From Dehalococcoidia bacterium (GTDB lineage: Bacteria; Chloroflexota; Dehalococcoidia; Lucifugimonadales; QGNO01): a stretch of 64,000 bases of DNA. The translations under genes were made by a program, and so were the position numbers. Location of the stretch: assembly GCA_965248955.1 (NCBI GenBank), contig OZ252212.1:642668-706667 (forward strand). Reading direction: 5' to 3'. Position 1 is the stretch's first letter; each line of letters opens with the position of its first letter. The notes beneath the pieces are model-generated. The model worked only from the letters and a program-made list of their open reading frames with translations. It was not told the origin of the DNA and did not search any database. This document shows positions 17,844-26,880 of this stretch, in pieces.

Positions 17844-18454
17844 ACGACATGCCCCTATTCAAAACCATCCACAGCCAGCGGGCCATCCGCCTGTTTACCT
17901 CGGATCCCGTATCTGACGAAGACCTTGACACCATCTTGGAAGCCGCGGTGCGCGCTCCAAGTCCCGGGAACAGGCAGACCTGGCGCTTCATAGTGCTGCG
18001 CAACGGGGAAACAAAACGCAGGCTAGGAGAATGGTACCTGGAAGCATGGAAAGCCACCGTTGGCGGCAACAATCCGGACCCTGCCACGCTGACCCAGCCT
18101 TACAGGCTGGGCTATGAGCTGGGCGCCGGCATGGGAGATATTCCGGTGGTCATCGTGGCCTGTATTCAGCATACCGAGGGCTGGGATGGCGGAAGCAGCA
18201 TCGTCGACGGCGCTTCCATTTACCCTGCGGTGCAAAACCTCATGCTGGCGGCTCGTGCCCTGGGATTGGGCACAGTGCTTACCACCATGCACCGCCGTTA
18301 TGAACAGCAGATCAAGGACTTCCTGGGTATACCGAGCCACGTGGAGACGGCGGCACTGATTCCATTGGGGTATCCCGGCGAGGGGCAGCACTTCGGCGGA
18401 AGCATACGCAAGCCTGTAGCGGACGTGATATTTCACAACAGTTGGGGACACTAG
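17840..18454 (+). CDS. Nitroreductase family protein
   Basis: The stretch RAIRLFTSDPVSDEDLDTILEAAVRAPSPGNRQTWRFIVL is a typical nitroreductase N-terminus. It overlaps gmk through ATGA. Confidence 0.8.
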   Translation: MNDMPLFKTIHSQRAIRLFTSDPVSDEDLDTILEAAVRAPSPGNRQTWRFIVLRNGETKRRLGEWYLEAWKATVGGNNPDPATLTQPYRLGYELGAGMGDIPVVIVACIQHTEGWDGGSSIVDGASIYPAVQNLMLAARALGLGTVLTTMHRRYEQQIKDFLGIPSHVETAALIPLGYPGEGQHFGGSIRKPVADVIFHNSWGH

Positions 18455-18486
18455 GAGATCGTTGAGATTAAGCAAAAGGAGAGACT

Positions 18487-18774
18487 ATGGCACTGACTTC
18501 TGATGAAGTACGCCACGTTGCATTGCTGACAAGGATTCGACTTACGGAGCAAGAGGTGGAACTGTACCGCTCGCAGATGGACGACATCCTGGAGCACTTC
18601 CAGATGCTCCAGGAACTGGATACCGACCAAGTACCGCCCACCAGTCACTCCCTACCCTTGGATACCGTGATGCGCGAAGACGAAACGAAACCTTGTCTGG
18701 ACAAAGAAGATGTGTTGTCCAACGCGCCACGTCGTGAAGGGGACTATTTCCGGGTCAAGGCCGTGCTGGAGTAG
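18487..18774 (+). CDS. gatC: Asp/Glu-tRNA(Asn/Gln) amidotransferase subunit C
   Basis: 95 aa. The stretch VRHVALLTRIRLTEQEVELYRSQMDDILEHF is typical of GatC. Confidence 0.9.
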   Translation: MALTSDEVRHVALLTRIRLTEQEVELYRSQMDDILEHFQMLQELDTDQVPPTSHSLPLDTVMREDETKPCLDKEDVLSNAPRREGDYFRVKAVLE

Positions 18775-18814
18775 GAGCCGGTTATTCCATGGCTCAACTA
18801 TCTAAGGACCAAAG

Positions 18815-20278
18815 TTGGCTGACGAACTGTACAAGCTGACCATACACGAAGCACGCACCCTGCTAGACCAGTATGAGCTGTCGTCGGTAGAGCTGGCCCA
18901 GTCCTACCTGGAACGCATCGAGCGGCTGGAACCCATGGTGAAAGCGTACGTTAGGGTAACGCCCGAGCGGGCTCTGAAACAGGCTCAGCAGGCGGACGCT
19001 CTGATAGCGCGCGGCGAGGCGCTGCCTCTAACCGGCATACCGCTTCAAATCAAAGACAACATGTGCACTAGGGGAGTAACCACTACCTGCTCGTCGCGCA
19101 TGCTTGAAAGCTTCGTTCCTCCGTACAGCGCCACAGTTGTGGAACGTTTGGAAGGACAGGGCGCCGTAATGCTGGGCAAGGGCAACATGGACGAGTTCGC
19201 TATGGGTTCTTCTACTGAGAACTCGGCCTTCTTCAATACGCAGAACCCCTGGGACATGGAGAGGGTGCCCGGGGGTAGCAGCGGCGGCCCAGCTGCCTCC
19301 GTGGCCGCCAGCGAGGCCATGGCCTCGCTGGGGTCCGACACCGGCGGCAGCATACGGCAGCCGGCTGCACTATGCGGCATAGTGGGCATGAAGCCCACCT
19401 ATGGTTTGGTCAGCAGGTACGGACTGGTGGCTTTCGCCTCTTCCCTGGACCAGATTGGCCCCATGACCCAGGACGTCACCGACTGCGCCATGCTGCTCAG
19501 CGCTATCGCCGGGCACGATCCCAGGGATTCAACCTCTCTGCCACAGCCGGCCCGGGACTTCACGCAGGCGCTGACCGGCGACATAGCGGGGATGCGGATA
19601 GGCGTTCCCAGAGAGTATTTTGTACAGGGCATGGATCCTGAAGTAGAAACGGTGACTCGCGAGGCAATAGGCGTGTTGGAAGGGCTGGGAGCCTCAATTG
19701 ACTGGGACGTATCCCTGCCCTCCACGCCGTACGCCCTAGCCGTATACTACATCATCGCGCCCTCGGAGTGCTCGGCGAACCTGGCGCGCTATGATGGCGT
19801 GAAGTACGGCTATTCCGACCACGATGAAGCCAGCATGTGGGCCGAGTTGGAGGCTACCCGCCAGCACGGGTTCGGGCCGGAGGTGAAGAGGCGTATCATG
19901 CTGGGCGCCTACTCCCTTTCTTCCGGCTACTACGACGCCTATTACCTGAAGGCGTTGAAGGTGCGCACCCTAATATCCAGTGAGTTCCAAGACGCCTTCC
20001 GGAAGTACGACGTCCTGGTAACCCCAACTTCGCCCACAGCCGCGTTCAAGTTTGGCGAAAGGCTCCAAGACCCACTGAAAATGTATCTCAGCGACGTTAT
20101 GACCATACCGGCGAACATTGCTGGGCTTCCCGGTATATCGGTGCAATGCGGCTTCACACAAGGGCTGCCCGTGGGCCTGCAGGTCATAGGCCCCGCCCTG
20201 GGCGATGCGGCGGTGCTCCGCGCCGCTCACGCCTTTGAGCAAGCGACACAGTGGCACAAAATGCGCCCTGCGATTTAG
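18815..20278 (+). CDS. gatA: Asp/Glu-tRNA(Asn/Gln) amidotransferase subunit A
   Basis: Amidase signature [13 protein letters not shown]...[15 protein letters not shown] start. Confidence 0.95.
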   Translation: MADELYKLTIHEARTLLDQYELSSVELAQSYLERIERLEPMVKAYVRVTPERALKQAQQADALIARGEALPLTGIPLQIKDNMCTRGVTTTCSSRMLESFVPPYSATVVERLEGQGAVMLGKGNMDEFAMGSSTENSAFFNTQNPWDMERVPGGSSGGPAASVAASEAMASLGSDTGGSIRQPAALCGIVGMKPTYGLVSRYGLVAFASSLDQIGPMTQDVTDCAMLLSAIAGHDPRDSTSLPQPARDFTQALTGDIAGMRIGVPREYFVQGMDPEVETVTREAIGVLEGLGASIDWDVSLPSTPYALAVYYIIAPSECSANLARYDGVKYGYSDHDEASMWAELEATRQHGFGPEVKRRIMLGAYSLSSGYYDAYYLKALKVRTLISSEFQDAFRKYDVLVTPTSPTAAFKFGERLQDPLKMYLSDVMTIPANIAGLPGISVQCGFTQGLPVGLQVIGPALGDAAVLRAAHAFEQATQWHKMRPAI

Positions 20279-20327
20279 CCGCTCCAGATATTATCTACGT
20301 AGTGAGTCGACTATAGAGGAGGACGCA

Positions 20328-20837
20328 ATGATCCGCAGCTTGCTGGGTAAATCACCCAAGATACATCCCACCGCCTTCGTCAGTGAGGCCGCCTACGTCA
20401 TCGGTGACGTGGAAATAGGAGAAAACTCCAGCGTATGGCCGGGCGCCGTGATCCGCGCCGACAACGGCAAGATAACCGTTGGCGCCAACACCAACATACA
20501 GGACAACAGCGTTGTCCATTCCGACGCCGAATCCACGATTGGGAGCGGTGTGACTATCGGGCATAACGTGTTGTGGCATGGGCGTCTGCTGGCTGACAAT
20601 TGCCTGGTAGGCAACGGCGCTACGGTGAACGATGGTGTAGAAGTGGGAGAGATCTCCATCGTCGGTTCCGGGGCCGTGGTGCTGGAAGGTACGACCATAG
20701 AGCCTCGCACCATTGTAACCGGAGTGCCCGCCAGGCCAAGGGGCGAGATCCAGGAGCGGCATGAAGAGCTGATAAGAAGCAGGGCTATCAGCTACGCGGA
20801 AAGGGCCAAGGTCTACAAGTCTGAAGGCTTGGAGTAG
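20328..20837 (+). CDS. Gamma-class carbonic anhydrase family (left-handed beta-helix) protein
   Basis: Hexapeptide repeats in KIHPTAFVSEAAYVIGDVEIGENSSVWPGAVIRAD. ATG 20328 is preceded by AGAGGAGG. Confidence 0.85.
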   Translation: MIRSLLGKSPKIHPTAFVSEAAYVIGDVEIGENSSVWPGAVIRADNGKITVGANTNIQDNSVVHSDAESTIGSGVTIGHNVLWHGRLLADNCLVGNGATVNDGVEVGEISIVGSGAVVLEGTTIEPRTIVTGVPARPRGEIQERHEELIRSRAISYAERAKVYKSEGLE

Positions 20838-20913
20838 GCCATACGGCGCATGCTTCTGGCAAAGATGCAAAATCGGATGCCCCAACCTGAAGCCAGCATA
20901 CTAGAACGCAAAT

Positions 20914-21567
20914 ATGGAGACTCTCCGCATACAGTTGCCCGGCGGGAGGAACGTAACAGCCCTCCTTAGCCGGGCTCAGAGCCCTGATACAGGCTGGACG
21001 TTCATTTACGCACCAGGCGCTGGCTCCAATATCGACGATCCGTTTGGAGATTACGCCGCTTCCCGTCTGGCCCAACGCGGCATATCCACGGCGCTGTTCC
21101 AATTCCCTTACATGGAGGAGAAGCGCCGGGCACCCGACCGCACTTCCGTCCTTGAAGCAACCTGGTGGGCGGCTATTGAAGCGTTCCGCCACTCGGATGT
21201 CAGGCTGGTGGCTGCGGGCAGGTCCATGGGAGGCCGCATCGCTTCCCTGGTGGCCGCGCAGGGAGCCCCGCTAGACGCGCTGGCGCTCTTTGCCTATCCC
21301 TTGCATTCACCGGGAAGCAGCGAATGGAGGGATGGGCATTTCCCCGCCATATCTCTGCCCGTACTGTTCTGTTCAGGCACGCGTGACGCCTTTGCAACGC
21401 CCGGTGAGCTTGCGGAGGCCGTCTCCAAAATCAAGGAAGCCCGCCTGCACTTCTTGGACGGCGCAGACCACGGTTTCTCCGTCCGAAAGTCCAGCGGCAA
21501 GACACGCCAGCACGTCTGGGATGAGGCTATAGAGACCTTCATCGACTGGTTGCAAGAGATACCTTAG
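20914..21567 (+). CDS. Alpha/beta hydrolase (dienelactone-hydrolase/KANL3-like)
   Basis: Nucleophile-elbow motif GRSMGG and a C-terminal GADH motif. 217 aa. Confidence 0.7.
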   Translation: METLRIQLPGGRNVTALLSRAQSPDTGWTFIYAPGAGSNIDDPFGDYAASRLAQRGISTALFQFPYMEEKRRAPDRTSVLEATWWAAIEAFRHSDVRLVAAGRSMGGRIASLVAAQGAPLDALALFAYPLHSPGSSEWRDGHFPAISLPVLFCSGTRDAFATPGELAEAVSKIKEARLHFLDGADHGFSVRKSSGKTRQHVWDEAIETFIDWLQEIP

Positions 21568-21568
21568 C

Positions 21569-22060
21569 ATGCTACAAATGTACGGCTTGGGTGCACTTGC
21601 GTCCGTAGGAAGGTGTCGTATAGGGTCTCTTCGTTTCGCCCAGATCGCTCTCGTGGCGCTGTTACTGGGAGCTGTCGTGCTTACCGGCTGCAACAACGAA
21701 GGGTCCATAGAAACGGAAATCTCCGGCACACCCGCCAGTGAGCGTATCTCCGCCCTGGAGATGCTGAACCTCTACCAGGCAGATGAAAAGGCTGCCCAGC
21801 AGCGATTCTACGGCAAAGTGGTGGAAGTCACCGGAACCGTCGAAAGCAGAGGGACCCTCCAAGCATTCGATGGTGACGAGTACACCAATGCAGGTCGGGT
21901 AGAGCTCGCCAGTGGTGTATCGTGCACATTCGCGAGCAAACACGGTGAACGAATCGACAGCTATCGAAAGGGTGACAGCGTGGTCATGCGGGGCAGAGTC
22001 GACGACTTTGACCCTAAAAATCAAAACCTGCGGCTTCGCGGGTGCAGCTTCGTAGAGTGA
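21569..22060 (+). CDS. Putative lipoprotein with OB-fold (tRNA_anti-like) domain
   Basis: Signal peptide with lipobox LTGC. The C-terminal stretch KVVEVTGTVES...VVMRGRV is OB-like. Confidence 0.6.
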   Translation: MLQMYGLGALASVGRCRIGSLRFAQIALVALLLGAVVLTGCNNEGSIETEISGTPASERISALEMLNLYQADEKAAQQRFYGKVVEVTGTVESRGTLQAFDGDEYTNAGRVELASGVSCTFASKHGERIDSYRKGDSVVMRGRVDDFDPKNQNLRLRGCSFVE

Positions 22061-22103
22061 GATGGGGACTGCCTTCCCTAAAATTCAGGGTGCGCTGTGC
22101 CAG

Positions 22104-22126
22104 CCCGCCCAGGCGGGAAAGTGACC
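22104..22126 (-). repeat. Hairpin repeat (REP-like), inverted orientation
   Basis: cccgcccaggcgggaaagtgacc has stem CCCGC/GCGGG and lies between convergent genes. Confidence 0.5.
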
Positions 22127-23112
22127 TAGCTCTTGTAGCGCATCTTGTCCAGGCGGGTGAAATCATGGACAGAGTCTACCCACCGCAGCGTTCCTGAGCG
22201 GGACCGCATCGCCAGTGAGTGTGTCTGCGCACCATTGGCAAAAAAGCGAACCCCGTTCAGCAGGTCACCTGTGCTGGCGCCGGTTGCAGCAAAGAAAACG
22301 TCTTCTCCTGAAACCAGTTCTTCAGCGGTATAGACTTTGCTCAGGTCGGCGCCAGCCGCGACTGCCGCGTCTCGCTCCTTATCGTCACGGGGCCAGGCCT
22401 TGCACTGGATAGCGCCGCCAATGCACCTCATGGCGGCAGCGGTAATCACACCCTCCGGCGTGCCTCCAATCCCCATTAGTGCATCCACTCCGCTTTCCCA
22501 CATGGCGGCGTGAATGCCCGCGGCTACGTCTCCATCTGAGATCAACTTTATACGAGCGCCGGCGCTTCTAATGTCGTCCAGAAGCTGTTCGTGTCTGGGC
22601 CTGTCCAGCACTATCACGGTCAGTTCGCTTAGCTTCCTCCCCTTGGCTTTGGCGATGTTCTTGAGATTCGTCCCCACCGAGGCGTTGATGTCAATCACGT
22701 CCTTGGCTTCTTTGCCAACGGCTATCTTATTCATGTAGACCACTTCTCGGGGGCAGTTCATTGAGCCTCGCTCAGAGAGGGCAATCACGGCGATGGCTCC
22801 GGGCAACCCCTTGGACAGCAAAGTAGTGCCGTCAATGGGGTCAACGGCTATGTCCATCTCCGGCCCTATCCCGTCTCCTATCACTTCGCCGTTGTACAGC
22901 ATTGGCGCCTCATCCTTTTCTCCCTCACCTATGACTACCACACCGTCCATGGACATAGAGCCCAGAGTGAAGCGCATGGCATCCACCGCTGCCTGGTCCA
23001 CCAACTCCTTGTCACCCATGCCCATGTGTTGCGCCGCCGCAATAGCCGCCGCCTCCGTAACTCGCACCAGATCCATTGCGAAGTTACGGTCAATGGCTTC
23101 TCTAATCTTCAT
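22126..23112 (-). CDS. glpX: Class II fructose-1,6-bisphosphatase
   Basis: 328 aa with the GlpX-type sequence AVDPIDGTTLL and a GlpX-like N-terminus. Confidence 0.9.
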   Translation of the reverse strand: MKIREAIDRNFAMDLVRVTEAAAIAAAQHMGMGDKELVDQAAVDAMRFTLGSMSMDGVVVIGEGEKDEAPMLYNGEVIGDGIGPEMDIAVDPIDGTTLLSKGLPGAIAVIALSERGSMNCPREVVYMNKIAVGKEAKDVIDINASVGTNLKNIAKAKGRKLSELTVIVLDRPRHEQLLDDIRSAGARIKLISDGDVAAGIHAAMWESGVDALMGIGGTPEGVITAAAMRCIGGAIQCKAWPRDDKERDAAVAAGADLSKVYTAEELVSGEDVFFAATGASTGDLLNGVRFFANGAQTHSLAMRSRSGTLRWVDSVHDFTRLDKMRYKS

Positions 23113-23121
23113 TGTGAGCGC

Positions 23122-23152
23122 CTCCCTTTGAATCTGGGTGATTCAAAGGGAG
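23122..23152 (-). promoter_or_regulatory. 12-bp perfect inverted repeat overlapping the glpX Shine-Dalgarno
   Basis: CTCCCTTTGAAT-ctgggtg-ATTCAAAGGGAG. On the glpX mRNA strand the 3' arm contains AAGGGAGG, 9 nt before the ATG. Confidence 0.6.
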
Positions 23153-23278
23153 TATATCAACATACGGAGGTTGTTTCCCGCCTCTTACATCGTGATAAAC
23201 TCATGTGGGCAAAGGCCCAATCTGCGCCTATCTTGGGAATAGGCGTCCCAATGATTATGAGAACGTAAGGAGGCAAGC

Positions 23279-24313
23279 ATGAACACGCAGGAACTACAAG
23301 CCATAGCCCAGGCAATTGTGGTCAAGAGCAAAGGTATACTTGCCGCTGACGAGAGCGATTCTACGATAGCCCGCAGGCTGAAAAGCGTAAACGTGGAATC
23401 CACGGAAGACAACCGCCGAGCCTGGCGGCAGCTCCTGTTCACCACCAATGGCAGCGGCGATTACATCAGCGGAATTATCCTATTCGATGAGACGATCCGG
23501 CAGAGCGCAGATACCGGTCAAACTTTTGTAGACATCCTCAACGGTGAGGGCATTGTGCCAGGCATCAAAGTGGACAAGGGAGCAAGACCCCTGGCCGGCT
23601 CCCCCGGCGAAACGGTGACAGAGGGACTGGACGGCCTCCGTGAGCGTCTCGACGAGTACCGTGAGCTGGGCGCCAAGTTCACCAAGTGGCGCGCTGTGAT
23701 CACTATCGGCGAGAACATGCCGTCCTCGTATTGTATCGATGTCAATGCGCATGCCCTGGGGCGCTTCGCCGCGCTTTCCCAAGAGGCGGGCCTCGTCCCC
23801 ATCGTTGAGCCGGAAGTGCTCATGGACGGCGGCCATGACATCGATCGCTGCTTTGACGTGACTGAGTCCACCTTGCAGCGAGTATTCGAGGAGTTGCACA
23901 GGCAGCGCGTTGCCCTGGAAGGCATACTGCTCAAGACAAACATGGTCCTGTCAGGGACGGAAGTTCCCAACAGGGCGGGCCCTGAACAGGTGGCAGAGGC
24001 TACCATAAGCTGCTTCAAGCGCACCGTGCCCGCATCCATGCCAGGCATTGTCTTCCTTTCAGGCGGGCAGAGCGATGATGAGGCGACGGTAAACTTAAAC
24101 GCTATAAACCAGCGTGTCGACTCGACTACACCGTGGCAGCTCAGCTTCTCATACGGCAGGGGTCTCCAGGCGACTCCTCTCAAGGTATGGAGCGGCGACC
24201 CGGCCAAGGTGCCGCAAGCGCAGGGGGCCTACCTGCGCCGCGCCCGGGTAACCAGCGCCGCCCGCGACGGTGTCTACACTCCCGATATGGAGAAGGAATT
24301 CGCCGGAGTCTAG
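23279..24313 (+). CDS. fba: Class I fructose-bisphosphate aldolase
   Basis: GILAADES motif and class I aldolase length (344 aa). AAGGAGG Shine-Dalgarno. Confidence 0.9.
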   Translation: MNTQELQAIAQAIVVKSKGILAADESDSTIARRLKSVNVESTEDNRRAWRQLLFTTNGSGDYISGIILFDETIRQSADTGQTFVDILNGEGIVPGIKVDKGARPLAGSPGETVTEGLDGLRERLDEYRELGAKFTKWRAVITIGENMPSSYCIDVNAHALGRFAALSQEAGLVPIVEPEVLMDGGHDIDRCFDVTESTLQRVFEELHRQRVALEGILLKTNMVLSGTEVPNRAGPEQVAEATISCFKRTVPASMPGIVFLSGGQSDDEATVNLNAINQRVDSTTPWQLSFSYGRGLQATPLKVWSGDPAKVPQAQGAYLRRARVTSAARDGVYTPDMEKEFAGV

Positions 24314-24395
24314 TGTGACTGCATAGTTCCAAAGAGCGGCCGGTGCGCCATCAGGCTGTGCCTTTCTCCGGCTGTGGTGTTATCATTTCTACAAC

Positions 24396-25037
24396 GTGGC
24401 TTTCAAATTGCTGATCGCAACCAACAACAGCGGAAAGGTGGAGGAATACCGCCGTCTGCTCAGCTGCCTGCCTGGCGAGCTTCGGCAGATGGGTCTGCCT
24501 GTCGAGTTGACCACTCCTTCCGATGAAGGAGTGACTGAAGAGCCGGAGGAGTCGGGAGATACTTTCGAAGAGAACGCTCTCATCAAGGCGCGCTTCTATT
24601 CGGAAGCAACGGGACTGCCCGCCCTGGCCGACGACTCCGGCATCGAAGTGGACGCGTTGAATGGCGAACCGGGAGTGCGAAGCGCCCGCTACGGCGGCTT
24701 GCAAGCCATCGATGTCGACCGCAACAAGCTGCTTCTATCCAGGCTGAACAACGTTCCCTGGGAAAAACGCACCGCCCGTTTTCGCTGCGTGGTGGCTCTG
24801 GTTTGGCCCGGCGCTGGGGAGAAGACCTTCCAAGGCGTCTGCCAGGGATATGTTGCCTTTGAGCCCAGCGGACAAAAGGGTTTTGGATATGACCCCCTGT
24901 TCTACTATCCCAATTTCGGCAAGACCTTTGGACAGATCGACGCTGAGGCCAAAGATAGCGTGAGCCACAGGGGCATAGCCGCCCGCAAAGCGGCTCAGAG
25001 ACTGAAAGAGGTCATAGGCGCAGGGGCGCCAAGCTAG
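24396..25037 (+). CDS. rdgB: RdgB/HAM1 non-canonical purine NTP pyrophosphatase
   Basis: Motifs ATNNSGKVEE, DDSGIEVDALNGEPGVRSARY and FGYDPLF. Confidence 0.9.
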   Translation: MAFKLLIATNNSGKVEEYRRLLSCLPGELRQMGLPVELTTPSDEGVTEEPEESGDTFEENALIKARFYSEATGLPALADDSGIEVDALNGEPGVRSARYGGLQAIDVDRNKLLLSRLNNVPWEKRTARFRCVVALVWPGAGEKTFQGVCQGYVAFEPSGQKGFGYDPLFYYPNFGKTFGQIDAEAKDSVSHRGIAARKAAQRLKEVIGAGAPS

Positions 25038-25040
25038 CAC

Positions 25041-26072
25041 ATGGATCACTCCCAGGCAAAGAAAACGGTACGTGACCTGTTCGGCAGACCGCTGTCCGAC
25101 CTCCGTGTCTCGGTCACCGATAGATGCAACTTCCGATGCACCTACTGCATGCCCGCCGAAATCTACGGAGAGCGATATCAATTCCTTTCCAGGGAGCAAG
25201 TCCTCAGCTATGAGGAGATAGCGCGGCTGGTGAAGATTTTCGTCAACCTGGGAGTATCGCGTATACGCCTCACAGGTGGGGAGCCGCTCCTCAGACAAGA
25301 CCTGGAGATACTTGTGGCCATGCTTGCCGGCATGGGAGGAGTGGACGACCTTTCGCTGACCACGAACGGTTATCTGCTTGCCGATCAGGCGCAGGCACTG
25401 AGAGATGCAGGGCTTAGACGGATCACAGTTAGCTTGGACACCATGGATGACGCCGTATTCCGTCAGATGAACGGCCGCGGCTTCAGCACCCAGCGAGTCC
25501 TAGATGGAATCCGCGCCGCTGAAGAAGCGGGTTTCCGCAACATCAAGATAAATGCGGTGGTCAAGAAAGGCGTCAACGATCATACGGTGGTGGACCTGGC
25601 CCGCTACTTCAAGAATAGGGGGCATACCGTCCGGTTCATCGAGTACATGGACGTGGGCAACCGGAACGGATGGAAGATGGAACACGTTCTCGCTTCAAGG
25701 GAGATCATACATAGGCTCAATGAAGAGATGCCATTGGAGCCCGTGGAAAAGGCCTTCCGGGGAGAGGTGGCGGATAGGTACCGCTACTTGGACGGGCAGG
25801 GTGAAGTCGGCGTTGTCTCGTCGGTCACGGAGCCGTTCTGCGGCGACTGCACACGGGCAAGGCTTTCCGCGGACGGCAGAATATACACCTGCCTGTTTGC
25901 CAGTGAGGGCCATGATGTGAAGACCCCCTTGAGAAGCGGCGCCAGTGATGAGGATATTGAAACCATTGTCAGCGGTATTTGGCAGGTACGCACAGATAGA
26001 TATTCAGAGGAGCGCACCGCCCTCTCCAATGCCCGTACCGACAAGGTGGAGATGTATCACATAGGCGGGTAG
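25041..26072 (+). CDS. moaA: GTP 3',8-cyclase (radical SAM)
   Basis: CNFRCTYCMP radical-SAM cluster motif and C-terminal CGDCTRARLSADG. Confidence 0.95.
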   Translation: MDHSQAKKTVRDLFGRPLSDLRVSVTDRCNFRCTYCMPAEIYGERYQFLSREQVLSYEEIARLVKIFVNLGVSRIRLTGGEPLLRQDLEILVAMLAGMGGVDDLSLTTNGYLLADQAQALRDAGLRRITVSLDTMDDAVFRQMNGRGFSTQRVLDGIRAAEEAGFRNIKINAVVKKGVNDHTVVDLARYFKNRGHTVRFIEYMDVGNRNGWKMEHVLASREIIHRLNEEMPLEPVEKAFRGEVADRYRYLDGQGEVGVVSSVTEPFCGDCTRARLSADGRIYTCLFASEGHDVKTPLRSGASDEDIETIVSGIWQVRTDRYSEERTALSNARTDKVEMYHIGG

Positions 26073-26108
26073 AATATAGATGAGAATCTTAAAATGGAGG
26101 TAAAAACA

Positions 26109-26234
26109 ATGGCAGAGGATGGGAAGAAAGAAAGACCTCTTAGAGAAGGGTTCACATATAAAGAGCCGCCTAAAGAACTACCAAAATCTCCAAAGCCTGC
26201 TGTTCCTCCAAGGCAATCCCGCAACAACAGCTGA
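26109..26234 (+). CDS. Candidate 41-aa Lys/Pro-rich small protein (below the track length cutoff)
   Basis: Own translation gives MAEDGKKERPLREGFTYKEPPKELPKSPKPAVPPRQSRNNS*. A GGAGG lies about 9 nt upstream. It sits in the low-GC patch. Confidence 0.35.
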   Translation: MAEDGKKERPLREGFTYKEPPKELPKSPKPAVPPRQSRNNS

Positions 26235-26256
26235 ACAGGTACGGAAAGGGATTTAA

Positions 26257-26880
26257 ATGGGGTTTGCAAGCCTACCTCTGGCTTTATTCTTGTTGCTTCC
26301 TGGTTTCGTTTTGCTCCACGTCATTTATCTAGTGAGTAGAATCAGGCGAGCATCAGCTTTCTATACCACTATGTGGAGTGTACTAGGAAGCCTCGCCCTC
26401 ATTGTTGTTCTCTATCCTATATTCACACTCCTTGTGGCTCCCCCTATCAAAGAACAACCATGGCCTGGTCTATTGGACGTTATCGCTGATCCCTCTAAGG
26501 TGCCAAATAATGTATGGCTTGTACTTTACCTAAGTGCTGTCGTTTTTGGTGTATTCCTTGGAGTTCTTGATCGGTTCAGAATACCAGAGCGCGTCCTAAA
26601 TCCGCTTGGTATTGATTTAAGAGTCCACGGTGACCTCTGGAGTCGATTGCTTCGAGAAGATAACTATTCACACATCTTGATGTACCTAAAAGATGGCAGC
26701 TTAATCAGTGGCTGGCCGATGTACTTTTCCAACGACCGTCGACCCCCTGGGCCTGAAATCTATTTGTCACCATTCCGAATCTGGGACCCGGAGCAAGGGA
26801 ACTGGAGTGAGCCAGAAAAAACCGAAGGTCTGCTAATCCATGGAAGTGAAGTCAGTCGTATGGAGTTCGTGTCCACATGA
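26257..26880 (+). CDS. Hypothetical membrane protein (3-4 N-terminal TM plus soluble C-terminal domain), low-GC
   Basis: 207 aa. The N-terminus [19 protein letters not shown] is followed by further TM helices. A/T-rich codons contrast with the neighbours. It overlaps the next ORF through ATGA. Confidence 0.65.
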   Translation: MGFASLPLALFLLLPGFVLLHVIYLVSRIRRASAFYTTMWSVLGSLALIVVLYPIFTLLVAPPIKEQPWPGLLDVIADPSKVPNNVWLVLYLSAVVFGVFLGVLDRFRIPERVLNPLGIDLRVHGDLWSRLLREDNYSHILMYLKDGSLISGWPMYFSNDRRPPGPEIYLSPFRIWDPEQGNWSEPEKTEGLLIHGSEVSRMEFVST

